From: Octopus sinensis
Taxonomy: Eukaryota
Length of the DNA stretch: 64,000 nucleotides
Reading direction: 5' to 3'
NCBI RefSeq assembly: GCF_006345805.1
Contig: NW_021833297.1
Location: 11,559 to 75,558 of the forward strand
Part shown: in pieces, positions 27,972 through 42,578 of the stretch
Position numbering within the stretch: position 1 is the stretch's first letter
How the letters are laid out: every line of letters begins with the position of its first letter
Position numbers and translations under genes: made by a program
Notes under the pieces: model-generated
What the model was told of the DNA's origin: nothing
The model's input: the letters and a program-made list of their open reading frames with translations, nothing else
Database searches by the model: none

Positions 27972-29713
27972 ATAAAGTTAATCCAAACATGAAAATACAA
28001 AGAGAAAAACACAACAACGCGAGGACGTGGAGCAAATATAGTATTATTGGACGCTCAGGAAAGAAGGAAAGAAGGAGGGTTTAACGTTTCGAGCGGAGCT
28101 CTTCGTCGGAAACATAGGAAAAGGAAAGATCCAGAGAAGGGAAACATATATTTGCACATTCATTGTATTAAAATCTCTCTCTACAATAGATGGAAGGCCT
28201 AAAAGTTTGCGGGAGCGGATTTGACGACTTCAGCAAACCCATTATTTAATGAATACATATTTTACCCCTTACTCTCCCCACAAAGGATGGAAGGCAGAGT
28301 CGGTCTCGACGGAAGTTGAACTCTGAACGAAAATACAGACGAAATGTCATTCAGCATTTCTCTTTCATTTTTAAATAAGGATTCTGCAAGCTCTGCGCCT
28401 TCTTCGTTGTATTATTATCAATACAGTGTAATATTTCAATGAAAGACTGTACGTAAGAGAAAATACGTTGTGCGACAATATTTCATGTAATGTATGTATA
28501 AAATACTATATATAACATTATTTAATGATTGATTACTGCTTTGTCGTTAGCAAAAGTTTCCACATTTAACATGGCTTAACATTATTTGTTTATTTATTAT
28601 ATCATAAGCATATTGTAGAAATTGAGAACAATTTGTCGTTTACATTTCCGCTTCCGTTTCGTGTTTTCTTCTTTGTTCTTTTACATTTGTTTCTTTGCGT
28701 GTATGTGTTTTAAATTCCTGTTTTAGTTTGCGATTGAATAAAAAGTAAAATTTGAAATGTGAAAATGCAAAATCGAAACAAATGTAACTACGTATTCTCC
28801 AAAAATGTATAGGAAATACAAACATACATACATGCATACGTACGTACGTATATACGTGCGTACGTACGTAATATATGTATGTATGTATGCATGTATGTAT
28901 GTATGTATGTATGAATATATGTATGTATGTATGTATGCATGTATGTATGTATGTATGTATGTATGTATGTATGTATGTATGTATGTATGTATGTATGTAT
29001 GTATGTATGTATGTATGCAGGAGACAACCAATGTGTAGATTATATATGCAAGCACGTTATAAATATACTTGTTCGTATACATTAACATCGATAAAATCTA
29101 ATGTGTATGCATACTGCAGCAAAAATTTGTATAGATTATTATGAACGTAAAAATTAAAAATTTTATTTCTGATATAGCAGAACAGACGTGAATTTTTTGG
29201 GTGGGGCTTCATCTTGAGTTATGTTGTTCTAGTAACTGTGGGGGTATCATTATTACTACTAGTGAACCAAGTCTTTATAACAAAAATTTAGTTCTATGAT
29301 TACAGATGTCTCTAATCTGAGTCACTTCAACCACCATGAAGTCTTTACTATCATCACTGAGCTTCGTCATTGCAATCACCATTGAGTCGTTGTAACCATC
29401 AATGAGTAGCTTTAATTATTATCCTTTTTATTATAGTCACAAGGCCTGAAATTTTAGCGAGGAGGCAAGTCGATTATATCCACCCCAACCCTGAAGCAAT
29501 GCTTATGTTATCGACTCCAAAAGCATTTAATGCAAAGTTGACCTCGGCAGGATATGAAATCAGATCTTAAAGAACCGGGCGAAATGATGGTATTTTCTCT
29601 GATGTGCTAACGATGCACTCATCTCACGCCTTTGAGCTGGTAATATATTACCATCAGGCCTTCCATCTATTGTAGAGAGGATTTTAATACAACGAATGTG
29701 CAAATATATGTTC

Positions 29714-29749
<36 letters not shown>

Positions 29750-29763
29750 TATATATATATATA

Positions 29764-29796
<33 letters not shown>

Positions 29797-29874
29797 GTGT
29801 ATATATATATATAAATTATATTACCACTGATGTGTGCCATTAGAATCACGACTGACCTTTCACAACGATTATTG

Positions 29875-30095
29875 TGTCAAAATCGTTAGCACGCCGGGCG
29901 GAATGCTTAGCGGTATTTTGTCTGCCGTTACGTTCTGAGTTCAAATTCCGCCGAGGTACCCTTTGCTTTTCATCCTTTCGGGGTCGATAAATAAAGTACC
30001 AGTTACGCACTGGGGTCGATGTAATCGACTTAATCCGTTTGTCTGTCCTTGTTTGTCCCCTCTATGTTTAGCCCCTTGTGGGCAATAAAGAAATA
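29875..30095 (+). mobile_element. tRNA-SINE family A
   Basis: 13-bp TSD ACAACGATTATTG (29862-29874, 30096-30108). Confidence 0.85.
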
Positions 30096-30717
30096 ACAAC
30101 GATTATTGAGCTGTTTACTTCTGATCATTATCGAGTTTTGTCTTAAAAACCACCATTGAGCCTTTACAACCATCGCTGAATATTTACAACAATTATTGAG
30201 TCTTTACAAGTATCATTGAACCGCTTCATTATAATCACTACTGAGCCTTGTCATTACAGCCGTCACTGAGCTGTGTCTTTACAACAATCGTTGAGTTTTC
30301 ACCAGCTTCATTGAGCTGTTGTTTTGTTATGATAACCACTTACAACTACACACTTTCTTGTCATTGAAACCATCGCTGAGTTCTGTCATTAAAACCGCCA
30401 TTAAACAGTTTTATTATTACGAACAGCACAAAGATGTAATAATAAAGCCATAAAGTAACCAGAATTAAGCTGCTTTATTAGATCAACCGCCGAGATCTTT
30501 CATTGCAATCAATTGAGTTAGCGTTACAAGCACAGATTATTTGCTTTATTACAACTAACATTGATCTGTGTCATTCAAGCAACTACAAACAAAGCTACTT
30601 CATTAAAACAGGCATCAAAATATGTTATTTCATCCAATACGGATCTCTCGTTGCAAGTATCGTTGAATTGTTTCCTTAAAAACAAAGTTCACCTGTCGCT
30701 TGGCGTAAGGTGTAGCT

Positions 30718-30855
30718 GTCATTATTTATTCCGCTTTTTCCATTTCCATCTACTTTTACAGAAACCGCACATTTATATACTACATCCATTACATTACATC
30801 TGCCGTTAATTTTACAGTGGTTTTTATCCCTATAATTACATTAGACTGTTTCACT
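30718..30855 (-). mobile_element. Second Penelope GIY-YIG fragment
   Basis: Near-identical to 33200-33320; reads CNYRDKNHCKINGRCNVMDVVYKCAV and retains the KINGRC segment deleted in the other copy. Confidence 0.75.
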
Positions 30856-31404
30856 TAGAACCAATACGAGTTGTGTCGTAAAAGCGGATACAGAGGTACT
30901 GGTGCAAATACGGCTGTGCTTACAAGATGTTACAGTCATGATTTGAAACATCATTGAGCTACTTCATGGCCCCCAATTCTTTAAAAGCCTCGCTGAACTA
31001 ATTTTTAAGATCACAACTTAGCTCCGTCTTTATTGCCAACACTGAGCAGTGATTTTACAAACATCACTAAACGAAGTCTATTATCAACACATGACACGCA
31101 CACACACACACATACGCACACACACACCGACAAAGATACATACATACGTGTATGTATGTATTTGTGTATCTGTGTTTGTCCCCCCACCATCACCTGACAA
31201 CCGACGTTGGTCTGTTTACGTTCCCGTAACTTTGCCGTTCGGGAAGAGAGACCGATAGAATAAGTTCTAGGCTTACAAAAAATAAGTCCTGGGATCGATT
31301 TGTTCGTCTAGAGACGGTGCTCCAGTATAGTCGCAGTCATATGATGATAAGTAAAATAATAAAAGTATATGTATGAATTTATATATAAATAATATAAATA
31401 TACA

Positions 31405-31623
31405 TACTCTTTTACTCTTTTACTCTTTTACTTGTTTCAGTCATTTGACTGCGGCCATGCTGGAGCACCGCCTTCAGTCGAGCAACTAGACCCAAGGACT
31501 TATTCTTTGTAAGCCCAGTACTTATTCTATCGGTCTCTTTTGCCGAACCGCTAAGTAACGGAGACATAAACACACCGGCATCGGTTGTCAAGCAATACTA
31601 GGGAGACAAACACAGACACACAA

Positions 31624-31654
<31 letters not shown>

Positions 31655-31826
31655 CATATATACGACGGGCTTCTTTCAGTTTCCGTCTACCAAATCCACT
31701 CACAAGGCATTGATCGTCCCGGGGCTATAGTAGAAGACACTTGCCCAAGGTGCCACGCAGTGGGACTGAACCCTGAACCATGTGGTTGGTTAGCAAGCTA
31801 CTTACCACACAGCCACTCCTGCGCCT
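31405..31826 (-). mobile_element. tRNA-SINE family B (GGCGCAGGAGTGGCTGTGTGGTAAG...CCAGCATGGCCGCAGTC...GTAAAAGAG)
   Basis: Full copy with an internal (TA)/(TG) tract. Others at about 331-480(+), 7653-7830(+), 24570-24939(-), 31140-31350(+), 35190-35540(-), 50600-50780(-), 56480-56690(+), 56905-57310(-). Confidence 0.85.
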
Positions 31827-31950
31827 ATGATGATAAGTAAAATACATGTTTTATTTTATTTATTAGGGAATTAAAATTCCGGATTACAGGGGTTCAAATT
31901 ATTCTCAATGAGGAAATATATATTTTTTCTGTTTAGACATAGTAGTCCCC

Positions 31951-34696
31951 TTCATCTCACCATATAAAAGAATTTTAATTTAATTTAATACTTACTACTC
32001 ATTTCTCAGCTACACGTGTTTCTTGAGGTTATTTTACAGTTCCTTAAGCACGCAATGTTTTACAGGAACCTTTTTTAAAATGTAACCCCAATCATCAGGC
32101 CTCTAAATAAACTTTATCATAGTACGATACCAAAAACTATATTTTAAATTTAACATATAAGTATGTGTATGTGTAAATAGGTTCGCCGGACCTTACTGCG
32201 CAAGCCATAATTTAATTCAAATAAAAAATAACAAATAAAAAAAAATACGAATAAAAAATAAAAATTTACAAAAACTAAATTCTCACGTAACTTATGTCTG
32301 TAATCATTCCTATAAAATTAATAGGAATAAATATAAAATATATACTTGTGATGATATAATAATGAAAGCAATGACAAATAAATATATTCGAATAAAAATG
32401 AAAGCAATGACAAATAGATATTTTCGAATGACAAAAGAAAATTTACAAATGATGCGAATGATAAAAATTAAAAATTAAAACTTTACAGAGTAGAAATATC
32501 TTAAGTGTAACGTAAAAGAAATGTCGTAAAAAATATGTACAAACTATCGTTGACTACCATTGTCCTACTACGTAATAATTTCGGCTTGACGTCACAAGGT
32601 TCGTCGAACAACTACACTCCTACCTACTTCCTGCTTCTTTTAAACTATTACTTAATTAGCATATTAACTTAATAGTAACAATGGTCCAGGAAATAAAAAA
32701 ATGCATCATGGGAGTATTACTTTTTTTAATTTCGTATTATTTCCACCCTTTGTTCACTCACACCGCACTACTATACCTCCTCACATCGAATGGTAACTTA
32801 ATTTAAACTAGTACGTTCATATTAAATAATAATAGTAGTAATAATACTTACGCTTTAAATTTAGGGCTAGACGTTAATAATTAAGCATTTCAGTCTGTTT
32901 ACATTTTATTTTTCTATCCTTCTGAGCGTTTAGAAGTCCCGTTTTGGCCCATAATCTCTCCATGAATTCATGGGTACATAACAGACGTGACCTATTTTCC
33001 AATTCTATACAATTTCGTTTTACTTATTATATCCCACTTCAATCCATAATTGATTTCTTTCGACTTTAACCTCCAAACGTATTTACTTAACCCTGCCGAT
33101 TTCATTAGTTTCTTATTTTTAAATGAATTCATATGCTGTGCTATTCGTTGCTTAATTTTATTCGATGTCGACCCACTATACGTTCTATCTAGATAATTTT
33201 CAATATCCGTATTATTTATTTCGCTTTTTCCATTTCCATCTACTTTTATTGAAACTGCACATTTATATACTACATCCATTACATTACAGTGGTTTTTATC
33301 CCTATAATTACAACTATTACGGTCTCCGACACTCCTATTCAGATACATATTTAATTTATCCTAGTAATATTTATTCAGCCTATACTTATTTATTGATGAA
33401 ATAATGTTCCCTACATTGTTAATAGTTGAATACCTCACTCCTATATTATTTTTAGAGAATATTTCCATATATTTCTTATTTTCCTTAATAAATGATTCTA
33501 TTGTATTAGTGATATCTTTAATGATATTACTTTTAACTTGAGTACCACATGGGACTATCAACCATATTATTTTATTATTATTTTTATTTATGTTTATATT
33601 ATTAATCCCCGTATCTTTATTTACACAAGTCTTGTTACTATCTTCTATATTATTTAAAGTATGGTCTCCATTATGATTTTCGTTTAATTTTAAATCCTTC
33701 CCCATTAAACCAGACCTATCCTTATACTTTATACCATTTGTATTTTTCCTGTTTTTTTATGTGTTTTATCATCTTGAATTCCATTAAATTACGGTGTGTT
33801 ATCCTATTATGACTATTATACATATCATTTTTCTTTTTCTTTTTATTATTATATACATTCCTATTCTCGTCTACATTTACATTTATGTTACTCCCTATAT
33901 TAACATTATTTAGGTTGTTTACATTTTTGTATTTTATATAATTATTACTATTTATATTCTTATTATCGAATTTAATTTCTTCCTTATATCCAGCCTTCCT
34001 TAATGATTCATTTTAGTAGTCAACGTGTTTTAGAAAGCTCTCATAATTCGAAGAGAGCATTGATATCCTTTTCCCTATGTTATCTATTAACGTTACCCTT
34101 AAGTTATTTTTACTCTGTAAATTTTTAATTTTTAATTTTTATCATTCGTATCATTTGTAAATTTTCTTTTGCCATTCGTTCTATAGTTTTTATTCGAAAA
34201 TATTTATTTGTCATTGCTTTCATTTTTATTCGAATATTTTTATTTGTCATTGCTTTCATTATTTTATCATCACAAGCATATATTTTATTTTTATCCCTAC
34301 ATATTATTAATTTTATATGAATATTTACAGACATAAGTTACGTGGGAAATTTTAAATTTTTATTCGTATTTAAAAAATTTTTATTCTTAATTTTTATTCG
34401 TATTTTTTTTATTTGTTATTTTTTATTTGAATTAAATTATGGCTTGCACAGTAAGGTCCGACGAACCTATTTACACATACACATACTTATATGTTAAAAT
34501 TAAAATAGAGTATTTGGTATCGAACTATGATAAAGTTATTTAGAGGCCTGATGATTGGGATTACATTTTAAGAAAGGTTCCTGTAAAACACTGCGTGCTT
34601 AAGGAAACATAAAAGAACCTCAAGAAACACGGGTAGCAGAGAAATGAGTAGTAAGTATTAAATTAAATTAAAATTCTTTAAATATGGTGGGATGAA
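31951..34696 (-). mobile_element. Penelope-like element: GIY-YIG endonuclease/linker remnant with about 560-600 bp inverted repeats
   Basis: 33705-33361 linker (IIW..VP....VKSNI...IFSKNNIGVRYS..NNVGNIISS); 33348-32992 GIY-YIG (CNYRDK..C..VVYKC, TYSGST..KQR..QH, LSKYVWRLK). Arms 31951-32512 and 34091-34696 are reverse complements. Confidence 0.85.
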
Positions 34697-34777
34697 ATAA
34701 AAAATATATACATATATATACATATATACATATACATATATATAAGTGTGTGTGTGTGTCCATGTGCATACACACAC

Positions 34778-34889
<112 letters not shown>

Positions 34890-35808
34890 TGTGTGTGTGT
34901 GTGTGTTGTGTGTGTGTGTGCGTGTGTGTATGTGTGTGCGTGTGCGTGTGTATAAATATATTTTATAATTATAAATATAATTATAATTAGTCTAGCAAAA
35001 TTGCTTCACCACATACCGAAATTTAGAAAGAGCATTTAAATACATTTCTACTATTCTACAAGAGGCATATAAGTATATTAATGCGTGCATATATGTGTGT
35101 ATGTGTATATATGCATATACATGTGTCTGCTTGTGTGTGTGTGTGTTTTCACACATGCTTTTGCGTTTTTGTATAAACTTTTATTTTATTTTATTCTTTT
35201 ACTTGTTTCAGTCATGTGACTGTGGCCATGCTGGAGCACCGCCTTTACTCGAGCAAATCGACCCCAGGAATTATTCGTTGTAGGCCTAGTACTTATTCTA
35301 TCGGTCTCTTTTGCCGAACCGCATAGTTACAGGGACGTAAACACACCAGCATCGGTTGTCAAGTGATGTTGGGGAGACAAAAACAGGCACACAAACATAT
35401 ACACACAGACATATATAAATACATATATACGACGGAGCTTCTTTCAGTTTCCGTCTACCAAATCCACTCACAAGACTTTAGTCGGCCCGAGGCTATAGTA
35501 GAAGACACGCAATGGAACTGAATCCGGAACAATGTGGTTCGTATATTTTTTTATATATTTTCTCTTTTCTTTCTATATTCTTTTGTATATATGCTCGCAA
35601 GAAAAAATATTTTGCTATTAAAGTAACCAGTAAAACATACATTTTTCAGTTTGAAAACGGCTCATATCAGAGTAACACACTGTAAACATTTTTAGTAAGA
35701 TTAAAATAAAAATGATCCCCTCAAAAGAAGCCATCTCTACTTATTCTTTCAAATATATATAGTATACTGAACCAAGAGCTTTCTCTTTATTATTCTAATA
35801 TATATATA

Positions 35809-35852
<44 letters not shown>

Positions 35853-36619
35853 TTATATATATATATATACCCACACATAACCAACACATGCATAGTGCAT
35901 ATATGTTAAAGCTACGTCAGAAAAAGGATTACTTTTCTATTTCACTTGCCTTTACCACCGCTCGCGTATGTTAACTTCATGTAATATTAAGTTTTCCGAA
36001 AGGAAGGCTCTTAGTGTTCATTCGCTCCGCAAAAAATAACAGCCAAATTTCTCACAAAACCGCACGCTGTTGTCTTAGATTATAAAAGAACATAGATCAG
36101 AAATAGATTATATGCATTTACGTATGTTTGTGTGTACGTATACATGTATGTTGTATGTATGTATGTATGTATGTATGTATGTATGTATGTATGTATGTAT
36201 GTATGTATGTATGTATGTACGTATGTCTGTATGTATGTATGTATGTATGAACGTAGGTCTGCATATATGAATTCGTATATATCTATCTATTTGTCTGTCT
36301 GCCTGTCTATTTCTCTTTATATATCTATCTTTCTATTATCTAGCTCTCAATCTCTCTTTTGTATGCATGTATGTATATACAATATCTAAGTATGTATGCA
36401 TATAGGTATCTATGTAACTATCTATCTATCTATCTATCTATCTGCATAAATAGGTATCTATTTATAGATGAATCTATGTATCTATCTAGCAGTATGTGTG
36501 TGTGCGTGTGTTTATTTGTGCATGTGTGTGCAAGTGAATCATAGATAGACTATATATGCACAAACAGTTCGTCTTGCTAATATTGTTTTATCATCATCAT
36601 GATCATCATGATCATCATG

Positions 36620-36656
<37 letters not shown>

Positions 36657-37546
36657 ATACAGAAAAAAATTAAGAAAACGCCCGAAGACAACACAAAGTT
36701 CTTTCATATTATTTACTTTTATATAACTTTGAATTTTTCTTGTAAATGTTTAAAAATTATTAAATACTTCAAAGCTATTTATTTCAATATATCTTACAAA
36801 AGTATTTACCGAACACTTTTTTCATTTCTCTTTCATATTATATATGTATATAAAGTTGATTTAGAAAAGGGACACATCAGGTTGTTTTTCAGATATTGTT
36901 CCACGTATTTTATAAAAAAAACTAATGCGCGTAGATATATTTAGATTAAAATACTTTTATATATATTATGGCAATTATATTGGTGTATTTTTTAATTCTT
37001 TTTATCTCTGTTTTCGTTTTTAATTATTGACGCTCAAGCTTGAAAACATAAATATATTTAAATCCAGTCTTTTGTTGGATCTATGAATCTTCATATATCA
37101 AAAATTACACTGTAGAAGTTCTTACTGACAAACAAAGGATTTTTATAATATTATTATGGGTAACAATCGAAAGAATTACATGTAATTTGTGTTTAATATT
37201 TATTATTTATTATATTATATTATTATGAGAATATAATATAGTGTTATATAGGGTGAGTTTACGAGAAAAACAAAAGACGAAGACAGGAGGTGTGCAAAAC
37301 AAACAGATGTATTAGTATAACGCTCAGTAATAGGAAAAATATTTTACGTTTCGAGCCTACGCTCTTCTACAGAAAGGTACACAGAAAAAAACAAGGAGAG
37401 AAAAAATGTGTGTAGTGGCTAACGATCTATCATGGAGTCTATAATATAGTATTGTAGTTCTATATTTAAGAAATGAGGGATTATGTGCATTATTTACATT
37501 ATTTAATTTGACGGATATTTGTCCTCATCTTGTTTGTAGTTAACGC

Positions 37547-37582
37547 AACGTTTCGGCTGATGTACCCTCCAGCCTTCATCAG
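37547..37582 (-). ncRNA. Minimal type-I hammerhead-ribozyme-like motif (Penelope-type)
   Basis: CUGAUGA-A-GGCUG(loop)CAGCC-GAAAC-GUU with palindromic AACGUU stem III; stem I is short and imperfect in this copy. Confidence 0.6.
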
Positions 37583-37744
37583 GTGTGTTGGGGAAATTTC
37601 GAACCTGTGATACATGTGCCTCGTGTACCCTTATCAGACAGGGTAGTCATGATGTGTAAATTGAGCTTCGTGTATTTGTACCCTAGCGTCATTTTGATGG
37701 CAAGCGATACTCTCTAACTAAAAAAAAAAAAAATAATAATAATA

Positions 37745-37803
<59 letters not shown>

Positions 37804-37817
37804 CATCATCATCATCA

Positions 37818-37868
<51 letters not shown>

Positions 37869-37884
37869 TATTATTATTATTATT

Positions 37885-38432
37885 GTCATTGAGTGAAAGA
37901 GCAGTGCATGCCATCAAAGTGACACTGGGGTAAAATATACGAAGCCCAGTATACCCAACTTGACTACCCGTCTGATAAGGGTAAACTAGGCACATGCATT
38001 ATAACCGTATGTGCGCGACATGGTGATCTCATATCAAGATAAACAGCACATGACCTTACAGGTGGGGCCCAGCTAGAATTTTCTTTTCGTTGAATAACCC
38101 ATCCCGCTCAAAAGGTCCCTGAATAATGGTTCTTTAAGGATGTTGAACGAAACACCCATGTTTCCAGAGGTGAATTATTCAAACCCCAAAGAATTCCCTC
38201 TCAACACACAGCTATGATGCTCCCCACTACTTCTGCTCGTGATCAAAGATGCACATATCGTCAGTCACTAAGGGACATGCTCAACTGGTTAAGGTCAAAC
38301 AACTGACAAGCAAATCTGTGGTATTGAGCAGAATATTTGCTGTATCCGATCTTTTATACCAAGACAATACAATGTACATGATCAGCTAAGATCAGAAGCA
38401 ACGAGAACCACTGCCTGGTACTGCATCGGGGC

Positions 38433-38437
<5 letters not shown>
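37885..38437 (-). mobile_element. Non-coding retroposon embedded in (TAA)n
   Basis: About 550 bp element flanked on both sides by (TTA)n; second copy at 44911-45370; inverted partial copy at about 37608-37716. Confidence 0.75.
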
Positions 38438-38488
<51 letters not shown>

Positions 38489-38508
38489 TATATTATTATT
38501 ATTATTAT

Positions 38509-38547
<39 letters not shown>

Positions 38548-38562
38548 TATTATTATATATTA

Positions 38563-38610
<48 letters not shown>

Positions 38611-38639
38611 CATCATCATTATTATTATTATTATTATCA

Positions 38640-38670
<31 letters not shown>

Positions 38671-39190
38671 AAATAATGAGAAGAATGAGGAAAAGAAGAA
38701 TAAAGTTGACAATGAAGAATTAAAAGTTGGTGATGATGATGATGAGGAAGAGAAGGAGGAGTAGGAGGAAATGAGTGCGCTCTTCGCAATATGATTAATT
38801 TTCAGCAGAGTGATTATGAAGGGTTGTAAGGAGTTGTAAGGGACGGGTTATCATTGGCATGTAAGCACTGGAGTGTACAAGAAGTTAATGGACGATAATG
38901 AGGTGATAATGAGGTGATAAAGATGTGATAACGAGGAGGTAATGAGGCGAAACGGATACGTTAATTAATTTTGCCACAATCAATAAATACTATGTGGTTC
39001 ACTTTGTTATTGCTGACCAATTTCCGTGTAGGGGTACAAAACAACAAGGAAGAATAAAGGTTTCTTGACCAGTGCATGTATTACTTCAGTCTGGCCTATC
39101 CTTAATGCATCATGGCTGATGTCTCGTAGCGTGGTGCATTTAGGGGTATTGTATGTCAAACATGCATGTATATATATGTGTGTTTAAATA

Positions 39191-40010
39191 TACGTTGTCT
39201 GATCAATAAGTATTCGGACTGTTACCATAGTAACGAGCTAAAGTGCGCTCTAATTTTTAAAATTTTAGCTTATTTCTACTGTCTACTACTTGAAGTGCTT
39301 GGAAGGAAGGTGTGTAGCGTGTGATCGTCGCACTGATCACAACAGAGTAGGTTGAGTTGAGAAACTGCATCAAATTTTGCCAAAAGCTTGATGATATCTG
39401 CTCAGAGGCCTTCGCAAGGTTTTCAAAAAGTTTTCATCGTTCTCACTGCAGTCAAGGAGATCTTGGGCAATAGAAACCCGAGGGCCTTTTGGGCCAGCTG
39501 AAAGCAGCATTGGCACAAATTTTATAGACACACGTCTCATACCCAAATCTTCAGTAATAATGGACTGCACTGAACCATAACTAATCTGCACATCCCCTGA
39601 TAACTCACGAATGGTGATTCGACCATTTTCCCTCATAGTTGCACGCATATCAGTGATGTTTTTTTCTCAGTTCTACTGGTTGTGGGTCTTCTACTACGTT
39701 CGTGAATATCGACATTTTTTCGGCCCTTTTGGAAACGTCTGAACCAATCGTACACTTGAGTGCAGCTTATACGCTTCTCCCCATACACTTTCTGCAACTT
39801 TGCGTAGGCCTCTGAGCGGTTATCACCTCGACAACTTTCTCTGTCCTGATCAATACGACGATCACACGCAGCACACCTTACTTCCAAGCACTACTTTAAA
39901 CGTCGGAAGTGAGCTAGAACGTCATAACTTAGTGCACATGCACAGTAGAGTTTCAGGTCAATATGTGCTGAGCGGCTTCACTCTGCGTGCATTAGCTTTG
40001 TTGCTATATA
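39191..40010 (-). mobile_element. Mariner-type transposon relic (internally deleted)
   Basis: HTH fragments ([28 protein letters not shown]; ITIRELSGDVQISYGSVQSIITEDLGMRRV..KFVP). Left end TA-cgttgtctgatcaataagt; sub-terminal inverted copy 39280-39340 vs 39845-39900. Small fragments of the same element at about 42377-42480 and 61930-62030. Confidence 0.82.
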
Positions 40011-40080
40011 TGTCTATGTGTACAGACAAACACACACACATATACATGCGCATATATATATATATATATATATACACACA

Positions 40081-40145
<65 letters not shown>

Positions 40146-40184
40146 CATATATATATATACATATATATGTATATGTATATATAT

Positions 40185-40217
<33 letters not shown>

Positions 40218-40333
40218 CATATATATGTATATATATATATATACACACACACATATATATATATATATATACATATATATGTATATATATATACACACAC
40301 ACACATATTATATATATATATAACATATATATG

Positions 40334-40369
<36 letters not shown>

Positions 40370-40409
40370 TTATATATATATACATATATATGTATATGTA
40401 TATATATAT

Positions 40410-40479
<70 letters not shown>

Positions 40480-40864
40480 TATGTATATGTATATATATAT
40501 AAAAAACATATACACGCACTCATACACACATACAATCACACAAACACTCAAACTCGCACACAACACACACATGCATACACATTGCTTTTTCTTGATATCA
40601 AGACTTCTAGTGAAGGTGCTGAGGTACCACTACGATATGAGACGTACCATAGGGATTTAAACTTGACGGAGATCATCCATCTCCAGATCTGGTGACAGCC
40701 TATCTGTTCTTCTTTTCCTCTTTTTATTCTTTTTCTTTTCTTCTTCTTCTTCTTCTTCTTCTTGTTCTTCTTCTTCTTCAAGAGAGAGAGAGAGAGAGAG
40801 AGAAGGGAGAGAAAGTTGGGGAGAGTATTAGAAAGAAAAGTTGTTGTTGTTGTTGTTGTTGTTT

Positions 40865-41165
40865 GTTCCTTCTCGAGTCATGCCTGGCTCATAAGGGCCG
40901 GTTTCCCGGTTTCCTTGGCGTATAGGTTCCCCCCACCTGGACGGGACGCCGGTCCGTCGCAGGTGAGCTGCAAGTTGCAGGAGGAAAGAGTGAGAGAAAG
41001 TTGTGGCGAAAAAGTCAGCAGAAGTTTCGCCATTACCTTCTGCCGGAGCCGCGTGGAGCTTAGTTGTTTCGCTCTAAAACACATACATCACCCGGTCTGA
41101 GATTCGAACCCACGATTCCTCGACTGCGAATCCGCTGCTCTAACCACTAGGCCATATTCCTCCAC
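40865..41165 (-). mobile_element. Family C-head SINE with alternative tail 2
   Basis: Shares head and acaactttctctcactc body, then a cgtcccgtccaggtgggg...gaaaccggg tail ending in (CAA)n; similar tail at about 7840-7935. Confidence 0.7.
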
Positions 41166-41490
41166 CAGAAAGAAAAGTGGAGAGCAATAGTTTATGTCCA
41201 TGCACAGGATTGGTGCTTTAGTGATCTACCCGAAGTTTCTGTGTAGCCACGTTTTCAGTTATCGTAGGTATTCTAACTCATAATTTTCAACCACTACCAA
41301 CGGCGGGCCGTTTGGCATTTGAGCGTATTCTTTGACGATCACTGCTTTCATTTCATTTACCGCTCTCGATTTTTGCAGGGTAAGCCAATAGTTGTTAAAG
41401 AAATGAAAACAGATATCGAATAGGAATGAAGCCAAATACAAATTGGGAGAATACGTGTTATTTGCGATTCCTCTTTTGAGCAGTGTGATG

Positions 41491-41539
<49 letters not shown>

Positions 41540-42170
41540 TGATGATGATTTCAAATTTTTGCCACAAGGGCTGATTGGGCGAAGGGTTTAACTTGATTAC
41601 ATCGACGCTGGTTCGTAACGGTGCTTATTGAATAAGTACCCCGAAAGGATGGAAAGCAAGGTCGACTTCGGCGGAATTTGAACTCAGAATATGCAGGCGG
41701 ACAAAATATCGCTAAGCATTTTGTCCGGTATGCTAACAATCCTACAAATTTGCTGTCTTAATGAAGCTTAAATATATCCTAATATATAAACTGGTACTTT
41801 GACATTTACTAGGGCAATCAACGGAACAGCCTGCTCGATAAAAAATTAACGTGCAACTGGCTGATAATTCTACAGATACGCGTTCCATTCACATAGTTCT
41901 CAGGGAGATTCAGCATGACACTGACATACTGACAAGGCTGGCCCTTTGAAATACAGATACGACTCGATTTTACCAGCTGAGTGGTCTGAAGCAACGTGAA
42001 ATAGAATGTCTTACGCAAGGATACAACGCGCTGTTGGGAGTCGAACTCGTGAATCGGCTACTCTAACCACAAAGCCACGCGCCTTCACTGTATTGTCTAC
42101 GCTATTCATATACATACCACCAGCCTCTCCTAGTCATTTCTTTCAGGTCATTTCATTTTAAGGTGTCCTT

Positions 42171-42208
<38 letters not shown>

Positions 42209-42578
42209 TGTGTGTGTGCGTGTATGTGTGTGTGTGCGTTAGCGTGTGTGTGTGTGTGTGTGCTTTAAAAATGTATTTTTCTTTATTTCAATAATTTGCA
42301 GGCGAGAAACTGAGTCGATATCATCGACCACAAAATTTGATTTTCTTTATTTTATCGAACCAGAAATATTGAAAGAAATTTGCGTAGGCCTCTGAGCAGT
42401 TATCACCTTGACAACTTTCTCTGTCCTGGTCAATACGACGATCACACGCTACACACCTTCTTCCAAGCACCGCTTTAAACGGCAGCAATTTGAACTCAAT
42501 TTGAACTCGGTGCAATTTGAACTCAAAATCTAAGGATTCGGAATAAATATCCTGAAGCAATTTTACGACGCTCTAGTG

